Positions 11,901 to 33,848 of a stretch of DNA of 64,000 nucleotides are shown here, in pieces. This DNA is from Mytilus californianus (Eukaryota), in NCBI RefSeq assembly GCF_021869535.1, contig NW_026262734.1, positions 1,798,001 through 1,862,000 on the forward strand, in the 5' to 3' direction. Numbering within the stretch: the first letter of the stretch is position 1; every line of letters starts with the position of its first letter. A model generated the notes under the pieces. The model was not told where the DNA came from. It searched no databases and saw only the letters and a program-made list of their open reading frames with translations. The translations under genes were made by a program, and so were the position numbers.

Positions 11901-14900
11901 TGATAAAATGTGGGTTAATGTAATTTCGTTTAAAATTTGATGTGTTCATATAAGACTAATTTCACCTTCATTTTCTGTAATTCTGTCACACAGTTATAAT
12001 TTTTACTCTTATTGAAGCTGTAGTTAGTGTTGTGATTTCTACGTTATATAATTTAAATGACAAAATTTGTTTCAGAAGAAGAGTCCTTTGAAGTCCTTAG
12101 TGTTAACACCAGCCGACCTTCAGCAGATAAAACTCACCACTCCTAAAGAAAGACATCCTTCAGAAAATGTAAGATATCTTATGAATAACCAGGCTTCCCA
12201 CATAAAACAAATGTTATCTGACTGAACTTTAATACAGCACCCTTTATTTCAATACATGGCAATCACATTCATAACAAAGGTATGATAAATCTGTCTTATA
12301 GCAAGAAGAAATTATAGATAAGCAACTCAGGTGACAAGTGTTTGCCACAATGTTAGTTTTCTTTTACTAAGAAGAGGGCGCCCTTACTTCTTTTCAAAAT
12401 TTTGAATCAATTGTCTGATATTTTATTAAAAGTTCAAGCATTTACTGATAACATGGATAAATTTGCCTCAGTAAAGATTTCATCATTCTTCTTGTATCAA
12501 TTTAAAATTACTTTGAATCTGCTTAACAATGTATAATGGTATTATTCATTTAAATTTAATGTTTCTGACTGCTGCTGCTGCTGTATTCTTTCAGCTATAA
12601 GTCCTTTGAATTTTGCAGTGTTTAATAAATTTAACAGTATTTTTTATTATTTGGGTGATTTGTATAAAAATAAGAAGATGTGGTATGATTGCCAATGAGA
12701 AAACTCTCTACCAGAGACCAAAATGACATAAAAGTTAACAACTATAGGTCACTATACAGCCTTCAATAATGAGCAAAACCCATACCACATGGTAAGCTGT
12801 AAAAGGCTCAGGAATGACAAATGTAAAACAATTCAAACTTGAAAACTAATGGCTTGATTTAAGTTCATAACAATAAAAGAAAACAAATATGATATACAGC
12901 AACAAACGACAACCACTGAATTACAGGCTCCTGACTTAAGACAGGCACATACAGAAAGATTTGGATTACTTTAACACTCTCAAAGTGTTCTAAAATTAAT
13001 TATTATAACTTTTAATATTATTTATGACAAATTTTTCAGAGGAAATTCCTCAAAACACAATTTACGACAAGTGACGAAAAAGTCTTTTTGCTGTTATCAT
13101 GTGACAAAAACAATTATACAGTAATACAGAAAGTACACAACTTGTTATGGTACTAACTGCCAAAACAAACAAAGCACCTACCATAATTTAGATTATAATA
13201 AAAATTACTGATATTTGTCCATGTCTATCTAGACAATGTAACTAACAATATGTAATTACTTTTCAGGGAAAGAGAAATGCCAATGGTTGTATGCAGCCAC
13301 TGATTACAGAAGATGATCTGAGGAATAAATGTCTAAACAAAGTTATACTGACTACGCCAAACAAAGAAAATGTCAAACACAGGTTTATCTCTATCTTTTT
13401 CATGAATTTGCACATAATATAGAAAAAATACAGTTATTTCTAACTTCGAACGTTCACATTTTGGTTTCCATGGAGATTATTTGACTCCAACCTTCACTCA
13501 TGTCATGGTCTATTTACAGTTTAGACAAAATTCCTCAAGAAACACAAAAATGTTTGGGAGCCTGTTTATATTGCAACATTTAAAAAACATTAACGTAAAT
13601 TCAAAATTATTGCGTGCATTTATTATAGCAAATTTTGAAGAAAAGTAAAAAATGCGAGATTTATTATAGCAATTTCATGAAAATCTGCGTACATATATAC
13701 ATGTATCAGAGATCAGAATGCGAGTTCTTATTATTGCGATTATGACCCAGACGCATTATTCACAATAATAAAAACCTCACAATAATATCTGAATTTACAG
13801 TATTCTGAACACTATAAATTCAGAAATTGTCATAACAAATATGTGAGATAAATTATTGCCATTTCAGGAAATGCTGCAAACAAATAATGCTATCAAATGC
13901 AAGTTTATCCTGTCACAATTTTCACGATAATAAAAACATCACAAAAATTTCAGAACTTGTGGTATTAAAGTCATAGAGTAGCTTTTTATAGATAGTTTAA
14001 ATGAGTTCTATTTTATTCAAATAATACTTTTGAAGATGAACAAAAGACATTTGTACCAGAACTTACAAACAAGTTAATACAGATTTGTATATTTATAAAG
14101 TTTAGATAAATTAATTTAAACAAGAGCTAACCAAGAGTTGATTCACACCACATTGATGTTTTTTTATGGACTATGTTAAAATAGAAATAATTTGCTTTTT
14201 ACAACTTCAATTTTTTTAGGTTAGCACAAGAAGTATTGAGTTTTAGGTTAAAGAAAACTGAAATGAAGAGGTAAGACAATTGATATTAATTTGTGCACAA
14301 ACAGCAGAAAACACAGAAATCAAACTATGACAATAGATTCCTTGGTAATGGGAATAGAAATTACAGTACAGAAAAAGATTGTACTGATTTATAATTCATT
14401 TTATTTACACCATAGATGTGTGCCTCTGTTCCTTTATATATGAAATACATATGGCAAGTCCATTGCTGTTAACAGGGGTTCATCCTCAGTGAGTCCATCT
14501 GTTTTTAATCACAATTTTGATTGGATGACATCATAAATTTTATTGGGGTTGAATACATGGTTTACTGATCTGTAAATAAAGAAAGCTACCATTTTGAATT
14601 CCGTAATTTATTGGTTTATGATAATAAACAAACTATCAAGTCTCATCTGAAATCTCCTTTCTGTCAAAGCTTATTTAATTCTTAAGTGTTCATAAAGCTT
14701 AAAAAAAGGACCCAAAATTCAGAAAGGTTTTGTGAAATACAACTAAGTTCTTCTATTCCTTGGGTAGAAAATCCTTAATATTTTGAAAAATTCAAAGTTT
14801 TGTAAACAGTTAATTTATAATTATGACATATCAATGATAATTCATGTCAACATAGAAGTGCTAACTACTTGACTTGTGATACACTCTGGAGACCTCCTCC

Positions 14901-17283
14901 AGCAGCGGCATCGACCCAGGGATTTTAAATAAACTAATTATAGATACCAGGATTTAAATTTTGTTAGCTGGATGCGCGTTTCGTCTACAAAAGACTCATC
15001 AGTGATGCTTGAATCAAAAAAGTTAAAACGGCCAAATATAGTGGGAAGTTGAAGAGCATGGACGTTTATCTATGAAACTGTTAAGGTTCCAAAAGCAAGA
15101 TCATTATTTGGGGGAATTTTCGATTCATGAGAATTTAAGACCAAAATGATGTCTTAAGGTGGATGGGCGGTCTTAATTAAAATCCATAGAATTTTTTAGT
15201 AATTTGTCAAAATGTAGTTTTTATCATGCTTTTTTTCCAAAATATAATTAAAAGTATGGGTAACCAGACTTTTTTTCACACTACAGGTTGTGCAATATTG
15301 TCAGATTTTGTATAGATTATGCATGGAAAATCAATTTTGTGTGATAAAATGAAAACTACACCATAGAATTTTAAGATAAAATGTTAGAAGATATCTCTTG
15401 TAACATGCTTTCAGATAAGAAAAAGAAAAAATGGGATCACCGGACTTGTTTTCTTGCTACATATTAAAATAGGTTAATTCACAACACTTTCTATTATAAA
15501 AACTGCTTTATCTGAGTTATCTCCCTTACTATATGAGTTATCTCCCCATATGTGGCAAAGTTGAAAAAAAATGAATCAAACAAAAATATTGTGTTTTATA
15601 GAAAATACACCCGTAAATATGACAAAACACATAATTTTCTATATTAACATGAAAAGTCTAACACATGAATTACATATTACTCAAAAAATTTGCACATTTC
15701 ATTAAAGATCTAGACCAATTGTAATCTGCTACTTAAAATCCAAGATTTTTATTTTGTATTAGAATGAAGATATCTGTATTTGTGTTTTGAGCTTGTCTTC
15801 ATAAAACTGTCACAAATATCTGTTTACCTAGCTCTGCTACACATTGCTAGATAAACTTAATTTGTGATAATATAATTTCCTGTTTACATAATATCCTAAA
15901 TGTAACACTAAGCTAGGGAATATTCAAAATTCTATATATATATAAGAAAATCATACCATTTATGCAGGTCATGCGTCCATTTCTCTGAACTAGTAAACAT
16001 TATTGTTTAGGTGCCAGCTTAAGCCAACCTCCTGGTACGGCATATTCTCACTGCGTTGAAGACCCATTGGTGGTCTTGGGCTGTTTTATGCTCTTTGGTC
16101 GGGTTGTTGTCTCTTTGACACATTCTCTGTCTCCATTTTCAATTCTAATATAACTTGACAACTTCATTGGAATTATTTTTTTGTTTTTATCATTTTAAAA
16201 GTTTTGCTTAACTATGAAAGGCAAATATCAGTGAATATTATCCCTTGTAGAATATTGATTTCACTTGATTGCTCTTGCACTGTAATACCCTATTTAGGAT
16301 AATGTTCACTAATATTAATGCAATATCATATATTATTGATTAAATGCATTTTATCCTGTAAAATGCCACTTGACATTAAGCAAGCAATAATCAAACAAAA
16401 GGATCAGAACATTAAAAAAAACATAGTTAAGAACTAAATCTACATGTGACTATCAGCAGTGCAGTTTTTCTATACATTATGAATTGCTGTATCTAATCAA
16501 AGGAAAGAATATATAAGTCAAATATATGTTTTACAGAAGTCCAGGAGGAACCCCACTGGTAAACAGAAAGAGAAAGTTGAGAAGAGGGAGTGGTTTAGCG
16601 CCAGTCATGGCAACAGCACTAAGAAAAAAATTCATAGTAAGAATTATTCTATTAAATATGATATAAAATGTAAGGTGAATTATGATTGGATGACGTTGTT
16701 GTCAATTCCATTGTTGAAGGTCAGAGTAATTTGAAACATCAATGTGTAATCATAGGACAAAAAAAAAATCAGTGCTGATCAATTATTTTTTTAGGAGTTG
16801 TGTCTCTTAGAGATGTAAGTACTATAGAAAATTTAATGTAAGGCCTTTCACATGTACAGTTCTTGCCATATATTTATATCAACGGTTATATCAGCAATGT
16901 CTCAGACTTGTTAAAAAATCAGTGCCGTTCAAATATTTTTAAAGTAGTAATGCACTTTGGAAATCTTTAAAATTATATAAAAAATTGCATTGTAAGTGCT
17001 TTCAAGCCTACTTTTCTCTACAAAAATTTATAAAAGATTTAAAGGTTAAAAAAAACAAGTTTTTTTAGTTATTGCCCATGGACAGATAAAATATGCAAAG
17101 CAAGGAACATTGGAACTCTGTTCTATTATATTAATTATTAAATTCTGAAATTGAACAGTATAACTTGACAAATAAGCGAATAATTTTATGTTTCATCTCT
17201 TTCAGACAGTACACAGCAGTCCAAACACATCTGACAGTTCTGTAAATAGTCCTTTGTCAACAGATACAAGTCCTTTTGTTTGA
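5911..17283 (+). CDS. PRR11: Proline-rich protein 11 (PRR11). Exons 5911-5945, 6855-6987 (or -6889), 7256-7326, 7376-7465, 9839-10057, 12076-12168, 13267-13382, 14220-14270, 16537-16636, 17206-17283; 5' exons uncertain
   Basis: Spliced translation gives a coiled-coil (ELLETQRRLKNLEEQVRQLMLEQK), CSVCTCP, a poly-Pro tract, LTPADLQQIKL, PLITEDDLRNKCL and the PRR11 hallmark RSPGGTPL...GSGLAPVMATALRKKF, ending at TGA 17281-17283. Phases are consistent from 7376 onward. Confidence 0.85.
6323..6781. repeat. 65-bp tandem repeat, 7 copies, PRR11 intron
   Basis: gttcctgac recurs at 6345, 6410, 6475, 6540, 6605, 6670 and 6735. Confidence 0.95.
7672..7878 (+). mobile_element. 5'-truncated tRNA-derived SINE
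   Basis: gtcaacactgaggttgtgag...ggcttcctccaccaataaa...aaagtg...aaacac, the same family as 61536-61799. Confidence 0.7.
8136..8939. mobile_element. hAT-like MITE
   Basis: Perfect 16-bp TIR cagtgttccagctagg / cctagctggaacactg; no exact TSD seen. Confidence 0.75.
9186..9765. mobile_element. MITE (possibly Kolobok-type)
   Basis: TIR gaaaggagtaggaccggtaag / cttactggacctactcctttc, with TTAA on the left flank. Confidence 0.7.
10034..10560 (+). repeat. 33-bp tandem repeat spanning a PRR11 exon end and 5' splice site (14 GTAAGT donors)
   Basis: Unit acagtaaaatcaacagataagtca|gtaagttac. Donors at 10058, 10091, 10124, 10157, 10190, 10223, 10260, 10293, 10326, 10363, 10421, 10454, 10487, 10545. Confidence 0.95.
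10843..11278. mobile_element. Kolobok-like MITE
   Basis: ttaa|ggccaaataaaaacatgtgtggttccagttac ... gtaactggaaccacacatatatttttatttggcc|taat. A related element lies at ~43445-43697. Confidence 0.7.
12662..12955 (-). repeat. High-copy interspersed repeat (gttgtctcattggcaatcataccacatct family)
   Basis: Further copies or fragments at ~5820, 11375, 33580, 48180-48620, 52125, 53790, 60050, 61840, 62830-63050. Confidence 0.75.
14690..15060 (+). repeat. High-copy interspersed repeat (gactcatcagtgatgcttgaatcaaaaaagtt family)
   Basis: Inverted copy at ~43845-43985 and a fragment at ~59840-59960. Confidence 0.65.
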
Positions 17284-20149
17284 ATTAGCTATTCTCCATA
17301 TCTAGTCTTTATATTTTCTTAATTTGACAGCTACATGTACATTGGATTTATCTTATATCTGAATACCCCGGAACTTTAAAGAGTTATCTACCTTTGATAC
17401 AATTTAATAGAGGTGCATATGGGAGATGATTTTTGATTAGAATAAATCATATAATAAATAGTCTCCCTCTAAGACAAAAGGGAAGTAATAAATTTAACTT
17501 TGTTGAATGGGGAATTACTATATCTCATTTAAAGGAGAAGAGGAAATAATTCCTAGAATTTCTAAAGTTTGCATAAAGAGATATAACCAATTGGAAGAGT
17601 CCAGCAAATATGCATACATATGACCAGTTTCAGTAGTCAGCCATACGTTGCTAAGACTGGTGTTGAAGCTTGTGATAATTTAGGGTTTATTGTATTGCTT
17701 GATAGCAAAGCTGTAGTGACACATGAGATCACTTTTGTTGTTGGCCGCTTCAAACTTATCACGCCCACAACTCCTTGAAAAGACTTTACCCAATTCAACC
17801 AAACTAGCATATTTTCTTCTTCAGGACATGGAGATGTGCACCTGCTATTTTGATTTTTAATCTGAATGATTGTTGGGATTTCCCATAACAAAAACATGTT
17901 CGTAACAGTTCCTTCTTATTGTCCCCTGCCTGTTACCTTTTTTTTGTATGTGATATACAATGCATAGATATTAATTATTAATGAACATATTGAATAATTA
18001 AATGTTCAACTGCTGAAGTAATACTACTGTCTTTAAATCTTTTAATCTTGACATATAATGGATGTTTTCCATTTCATAGTCTTCAATTTGAATCAAGAAA
18101 TTGGTATCAGTTATTTAATTTTCTTGAGTCAACCAATATTTGATCCGTAATGACTTGTGTATCTAGAATAAACATGTTTTCAAGTGTGAGAGAGTTAGGG
18201 CATCAGTAGCCTTTATATTAACTGGCTGTAATCTTCAGTTTGTCTTTGAATATAAGGGGTTATTTATATGATATTACCAAATCAGTCTCTTTAATTTATA
18301 AAATTGAGAACTGCTTATATTTCTAAAGTTTGGGTGTTATTAATGAGAAATTGTACAAAAAAAGGACGATATTTTAATAGTTATTTGAAGAGTTGTATTA
18401 CATGATTATTGTTACTCATTATAATATTAACTAGATTAGAAATTTATCAAAAGAAATGTAATTGTACTTGAAAAAAGTAGATGTGGAAAACAATTATATT
18501 ATTTTTAATTTTCTTTCCTGCAGATTCCTTTAATTTTAGGGGCTACCAATTGTCATAAATATATTTTTGTAGATACTAGATTTCTTTGTTTTGAAATTCT
18601 TCACTCAATTCTATTTACAAATTTGTATTTTTTGTTGTCACATATACTTAAAACTTTAAGCCAATGTTCATTATGAAGAGAACTGTTTAAGATACATATA
18701 ACAAATTAGATTTCATGGTTCACTGATTTTAAAGTATTGGTTTACGGTCAAGTTACAGTAAATTGGTTGGGTCTGATTCAACTATAGTCTTTATAATACC
18801 ACATGAATACTAAATCCACAGTATTATGTAATTTTTTTCCCCAGATAAAAGCTTATTATTTATACATTTATAATTATTTATATTATATATGATATTTCAT
18901 GAAAACTATTGATGCTATGATTTGTATATTGCTTATGTCTTTCAAATATAAAGTCTTTCAGAATTCGTTGATTACTTTCTGTTATTGTGCAGTGCATTCA
19001 TTAATACCCGGTACCCGGTACTTTTACCCACCTACGAAAGCCTCTGGTACCGGCAGAAAAAATAAAAATACAAAAAAAAAATGTGTAAAGTTCTTTTGAA
19101 GATCGTTCAAATCTAATTTCTTTCATTCCTTGACAATCTCCGTTCTACGCCGTTCATGTGTATGTTTATAGGTGTCTTCGTCGAGGTCCGCGTTAAAGTA
19201 TAGATCTATCTTCTGCCAATTTAGGCACACCTCCAAAGTAGGAGAAGTGATAATTACAAACCATGTGTCTGTATCTGTATCGTAAGAGCGCTTTAAAATG
19301 CGACGATTTAGCAGTATATTTTCAAGCGGCAAATTGTTGATGAATTTAAACAACAACAGCAATATTATGTCTAATAAAAGGAAAGCAGCTTGTATCACAG
19401 ATTATTTTATGAATAAAAGGTTTAATAAAGGTGAACATTCTATGAAATTCAGAAAAATCGTTAATCGTATCAAATCAGTTCGTTTCCCGTTGGACATTGT
19501 CACTGATCTCCATTTTCACGATATGTGTTCTATGTTGTGATTGAATTTTTTAATGTAAGACATCGTGAAACATTTTACAATCTGAACTAACATAACTGTT
19601 ATGTTTACAAAATATAACATCTGACGAGATTTAAGACTTCTAAAATTAAAAAAAAAGACAGCTAAGAAGAAGTGAAAAATTTTTTTTTTTTACTTACTAT
19701 AGTCAAGAATCCTATGATTAATTTGCCCCCCCCCCCCCCCCCCCCCCCCCCCATTTCACAATCACCCCTTTTTATGAATATTAAAGTTAAGTGAAAGTTG
19801 AATACATGTTGTTTTTTTCGGACATGAACAACCATCACAACACTTAGCATATATCAAAAACGTTTGTTTGTTGTTTTGCATGAGAGCATGTTTATTGTTT
19901 ATTTTGTTTAATTGTTTGCATGACACTGTTAAATTACTTACACAAACAATTGACACAGTTATGATTATAACAAAGCAATAAAAAAAAAGTTACAACAAGT
20001 TTTATTATCAATTTTTTTTAATAATATACTATGTAACTTATGAAATTTCATTCACAAAATTGAACAAATGCAAAACATTTAATAAAAGTATAAAAACGAA
20101 CAAAACATTTAAACAACATTTCACATGAAACCCCTGCGTTATAGGTCAT

Positions 20150-20190
20150 ACCATGGAAGTATTATATTGACAATATAATACTTCCATGGT
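20150..20190. repeat. Perfect 41-bp palindrome (20-bp arms, 1-nt loop)
   Basis: accatggaagtattatattg-a-caatataatacttccatggt. Confidence 0.9.
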
Positions 20191-21586
20191 CATACATATT
20201 TTATAACTGATTACAAAATAATTATAAGCAATGTATTTTCAGATGATTACTCTAGCATGTCTAGAAAAAAAACAATTCAATGTTAACTTACCCAAAATTG
20301 AAGCAAATATTACAGACTTTACCCTATTTTTTTAAGCAAAAAATTAAGGCTGAAATCCCTAAAATCCATGAGCTTCCGGGGGGCTTTGCCCCCCTGGTCC
20401 CCCTACCAGGGCTAGCCCTGGACCCACTGGGGGCCTTAAGCGGCCCCCAGACCCCTTGCCGTTTAAGTTTGGTTCCCCCTATAATCTCAAAGGTACCTCC
20501 AGTCTAAAAAAATAATGAAACCCCTGATTGTGTACGACAATTCTAACCAGTTGTTAAGAATAAAATCATATGACATTGTCCTGATTCTATTTTATGATAA
20601 ATTATAGGTTAGATTTACCATAAAAAACATTGATATCTATTGAGAATTGACATTATACTCCAAAAAAGAATAACGCACTGTACACTTAGAAATCATTAGT
20701 TAAAATTGGTAAGTTGCAGGGCAGAGGTCACTGGTAAAACAGGAACTGACCCTTCTAGAGCATCTGATTTCACACCCATGTTTTGGTATATTTTGTATTG
20801 CTCATTCTTTAGTTCATTGTTTTATGGACAGTTGTGTATTTTCATAAATTTTACTAGTCTGTCAGAAAGACTTTGGGTAGAAAATATTCATGAAAGATTT
20901 CTTGGATTCTATGAAACGAAATAATTTTATATTTGGTCTGCAGCTTGAAAAAGTTGAGTTGTAATATGAAAGCAATTGATACATCTCCTCTGCAACCAAT
21001 TTCTGTTTGCCTATGGTTTTTAATTTTACGACACTCATTGTACAGGGAAAGATTTTGTCAAAGTTTTCATTGCTTTAAAAAGATCTTCTCCCCTTTAACT
21101 ACTAAACCAATTTCAGCCAAACCTGGGGTGAATGGTCCCTAGGGTATGTAGTATAAAGTGTTTTTTTTTCCTCCAGTTAATCAAACCTGGACGCCATGGC
21201 TAAAATAAAAAGATAGAACATAAGGGTAAAATAAATTGATTGTCTTATATCTCAAAAACTATAAAAGTTAGAAAAAATCTGATTTTTACATTTTTTTTGA
21301 GTTTTTTGCAGAACCTATGATAGGGAGAAACTTTACATGGCAAAAATGTTCATCAAATAAGTCAAACATGACCAAAATCATCAATTAAACCCTTATAGGA
21401 GTTATCACCATTGAAAGACAATTTCTTTAGTCTTTTGCAGGAACTATGATAGAGAGAACTTGATGGAATTAAACATGGTTTTATAGCTAGCTAAACCTCA
21501 CTTGTGTGACAGTCTACAAAGAGACCAACATGACTGAAATTAATCGTGCATTACTGCAGGAGAAGTTGTGCTTAAATGATGATATT

Positions 21587-22315
21587 TTTAGCTCACCTGG
21601 CCCAATGGGCCAAGTGAGCTTTTCTCATAACTTGGCGTCAGTCATCGTCCGTCTTCCATTAACTTTTACAAAAATCTTCTCCTTTGAAACTACTGGGCCA
21701 AATTTAACCAAACTTGGCCACAATCAGCATTAGGGTATCTAGTTTTAAAAATATGTCTGATGACCCCGCTTGCCAACCAACATGGCCGCCATTGCTAAAA
21801 ATAGAACAATGGGGTAAAATGCAGTTTTTGGCTTATATCTCTGAAACTAAAGCATTTAGAGCAAATTTGACAACGGGTAAAAATGTTTATCAGGTTTAGA
21901 TCTATCTGCTCTGAAAACCCTGTGTTGGGTTGCTGCCCCTGAACTGGTAAATTTAATGAAATTTTGCAGTTTTTGGTTATTATCTTAAATATTATTATAG
22001 ATAGAGATAAACTGTAAATAGCAATAATATTCAGCAAAGTAAAATCTACAAATAAGTCAACAAACCAAAATTGTCAATTGACTCCTTAAGGAGTTATTGC
22101 CCTTTAAAGTCCATTTTTCGTAAATTTTTGTAATCTTTTACAAAAATCTTCTCCACTTAATCTACTGGGCCAAATAGAATTAAACTTAGCCACAATTTTC
22201 AATAGGGTATCTTGATGGAAAAATGTATCCGATGACCCTGTCATTCAACCAACATGGCTGCCATGGCTGAGAATAGAACATAGGGGTTTACACAGACTTT
22301 TGGGAGCCTCTAGTT
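21587..22315 (+). mobile_element. HINE-like element
   Basis: tttttagctcacctggcccaatgggccaagtgagct terminal hairpin, cgtccgtc microsatellite, internal repeats, and a gagcctctagtt end. Related internal repeats at 21075-21470. Confidence 0.7.
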
Positions 22316-22319
22316 CTCC

Positions 22320-23845
22320 TCTGCAACAAAAGTCGCAGAATGCAGGATATAAGGTTACAATCTGACGAATGCGCTAACTATTTGTATAAAGCTTTATATT
22401 TCAAAAAGGTAGAAGACCTGAATGCTTCATACCTTGTATACAAATACGTTATGTTACAAAGTTTCTGTCTGTCAAATGTCCATTGTAATTGACCTCATTT
22501 TTATAATTCAGCGACTGCTTGAAAACATTTGTATTTTCGTCATGTGAATTTCTTACTTATTATCAGTGATAAAATAAGTATTTAGTATATGGGTTCCTTG
22601 CAAGGTCTACCAGTTCATATCAGTCAGACCGTGTTCACCTGATGCGACCTCATATCATGGTTCAGTGATCAAGGTTAAATTTTGATGGGTCAAGTCTCTA
22701 TCTTAAATACATTAATCATGAGTAATAGTTCAACTAAAATAGTATGGACTGATTGTAAGGCATATATGTCTAACTGGCAGGTTTCATCTGACCTTGACCT
22801 CAATTTCATGGTTCATTGAACAATGTTTAGTTCCTGTTGTTTGGTCTATTTCTCATACTATAAGCAATGTGTACATATCTACCTGGCAGGTTTCATATGA
22901 CCTTGACCTTATTTTCATGATTCAATGGTCAATGTTAAGTTTTCATGGTTTTGTCAGTTAATCAGATGCTATAAGCAATAGGTAAACTATATTTGGTGTA
23001 TGGAATGATTGTAAGGTGTAAATGTCTATCTGGCAGGGTTCATATGACCTAAAAAATTGACCATGACCTTATTTTCATGATTCATTGGTCAATGTTAAGT
23101 TTTCATGGTTTTGTCAGTTTATCAGATACTATAAACAATAGGTAAATTATATTTGATGTATGGAATGATTGTAATGTGTACATGTCTGTCTTCTTCTAGT
23201 AACGGGTCACCTTCAGCTGGTTGGCCATCCTGCTACACTTTTGGAATGGGCATGAAATTTATTTTTAAATTCAATTAACAAAAACAATTACTGGGTGCAA
23301 GTAAAAACTTGTCATATGAGTTTAATGATGGAACTGAGCCTTGGAAGATTCAGGACTGGGGGCAGAGACAGTACAGTAAGGCAAGGTGTTTCAGCTCCCT
23401 TATATTTTTAGGATGTCTTGACAGGGTTCATATGACCTTGACCTCGTTTCAATTGGTCATTGGTCAGTGTTAAATTTTTGTGTTTTCATCAGTTTATCAG
23501 ATACTTAAAGCAATAGGTCAAATATATTTGTAGGTGATTGTTAGGTTTACTTGTCTGTCTGGCAGGGTTCATATAACCTTAATTTTCATGGTTCATTGGT
23601 CAGTGTTAAGTTTTTGTGGTTTGGTGTGTTTCTGAGGTACTATAAGCAATAAGGCCACTATATTTGGTGTATGAAATGATTTTAAGGTGTACATGTCTGT
23701 CTGGCATGGTTCATCTGACCTTCACCTCATTTTCATGGATCATTAATAATGTTAAGTGTATTGAAACCTTCGTATTACAGACTTTCAAAATAAATTCAAT
23801 CATGATAGGCAAAGCAAGCAAGATATTTTAGCGTGTGCACTCTGG
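22320..23845 (+). mobile_element. HINE-like element with a degenerate tandem core (gaccttgacctcattttcatggttcattg)
   Basis: Repeated core units ending gcgtgtgcactctggtt. The same family occurs at ~44620-45765. Confidence 0.6.
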
Positions 23846-24152
23846 TTAGTGTTTTTACCTTCTATCTTGAAATTTATAATAGATATAAATAGAAACTTTA
23901 TGCAGCTAAATGATCAGTAATTCATGACCTACAAAAATGCCAATATTTCTGAAACCATTGATCAACTCACAGGCACTAGTCTGAAAAAAAATTAAGGTAT
24001 ATTAGTATTTTTGTAGAGACAAATGCCTGTGGTTAATGCCCTTAAATAGCTTCATATTTGACAAATTTTAGCATTTTTACCTATTATCTTGAAACCTATA
24101 ATAGATAATCTGTAACTGTAAAAAGCAAAAATAGTCAGCAATACAAGTTCTA

Positions 24153-24359
24153 CTGTAAATTCAGAAATTATTGTATGCATTTATTATTGCGATTTTTATG
24201 GAATGGACAAAAATGCAAGATTAATTATTGCAATTTCATGAAAATCTTCATACATATATATGTATCAGATATCAGAATGCGAGTTCTTATTATTGCGATA
24301 ATCACCAAGTCGCATTATTTGCATTAATAAAAACCTCGCATTAATTTATGAATTTACAG
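24153..24359. mobile_element. Tc1/mariner-type MITE, TA target duplication
   Basis: ta|ctgtaaattcagaaatta...taatttatgaatttacag|ta. A partial copy lies at ~13597-13800. Confidence 0.75.
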
Positions 24360-24815
24360 TAGGCCTAACTAATTATAAATCGTGGATGACTGAAACCATT
24401 TATAACCATGTATCCAATTTAACAAATTGTAACATTTTTGCCTTTTATATTGAAAAGTATTATAAAAAGAGAGATCTAAAATAGCCAAAATGATTACCAA
24501 TACAATTTCTGAAAAAAATAAATGAGAAAATTTGGTAAATTTTTATTTTGTCTTGTTAATATCACTGAATAGTGCATATCTCAAGAGCCTTTAGTTAATC
24601 CATTGCATGCTTTCACTTTGAGCTAATACTGCCTTATATTGCATGTCAGAATATCAAACTATTTTATTTTTCATCATTTAAAAAAATCTTGTGTTTAAAA
24701 ATTAAGAAGGACGTTGTGTACATTTTGGTATTTAGATAGACCGGACACTTGTTGCTCTTCAAAAATAGAGAAGCAAAAGGTATATTTAATCATAACATTA
24801 CAGACGGACTCACAA

Positions 24816-33848
<9,033 letters not shown>

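Noticed and set aside
13040-13140. Possible extra PRR11 exon after tttttcag
   Set aside because: No strong donor, no PRR11 motif, and the flanking exons already join in phase 0.
19726-19752. Long poly-C run (G-quadruplex candidate) and A/C-rich tract at 55800-55950
   Set aside because: Simple sequence whose length is unreliable in assemblies, with no functional evidence.
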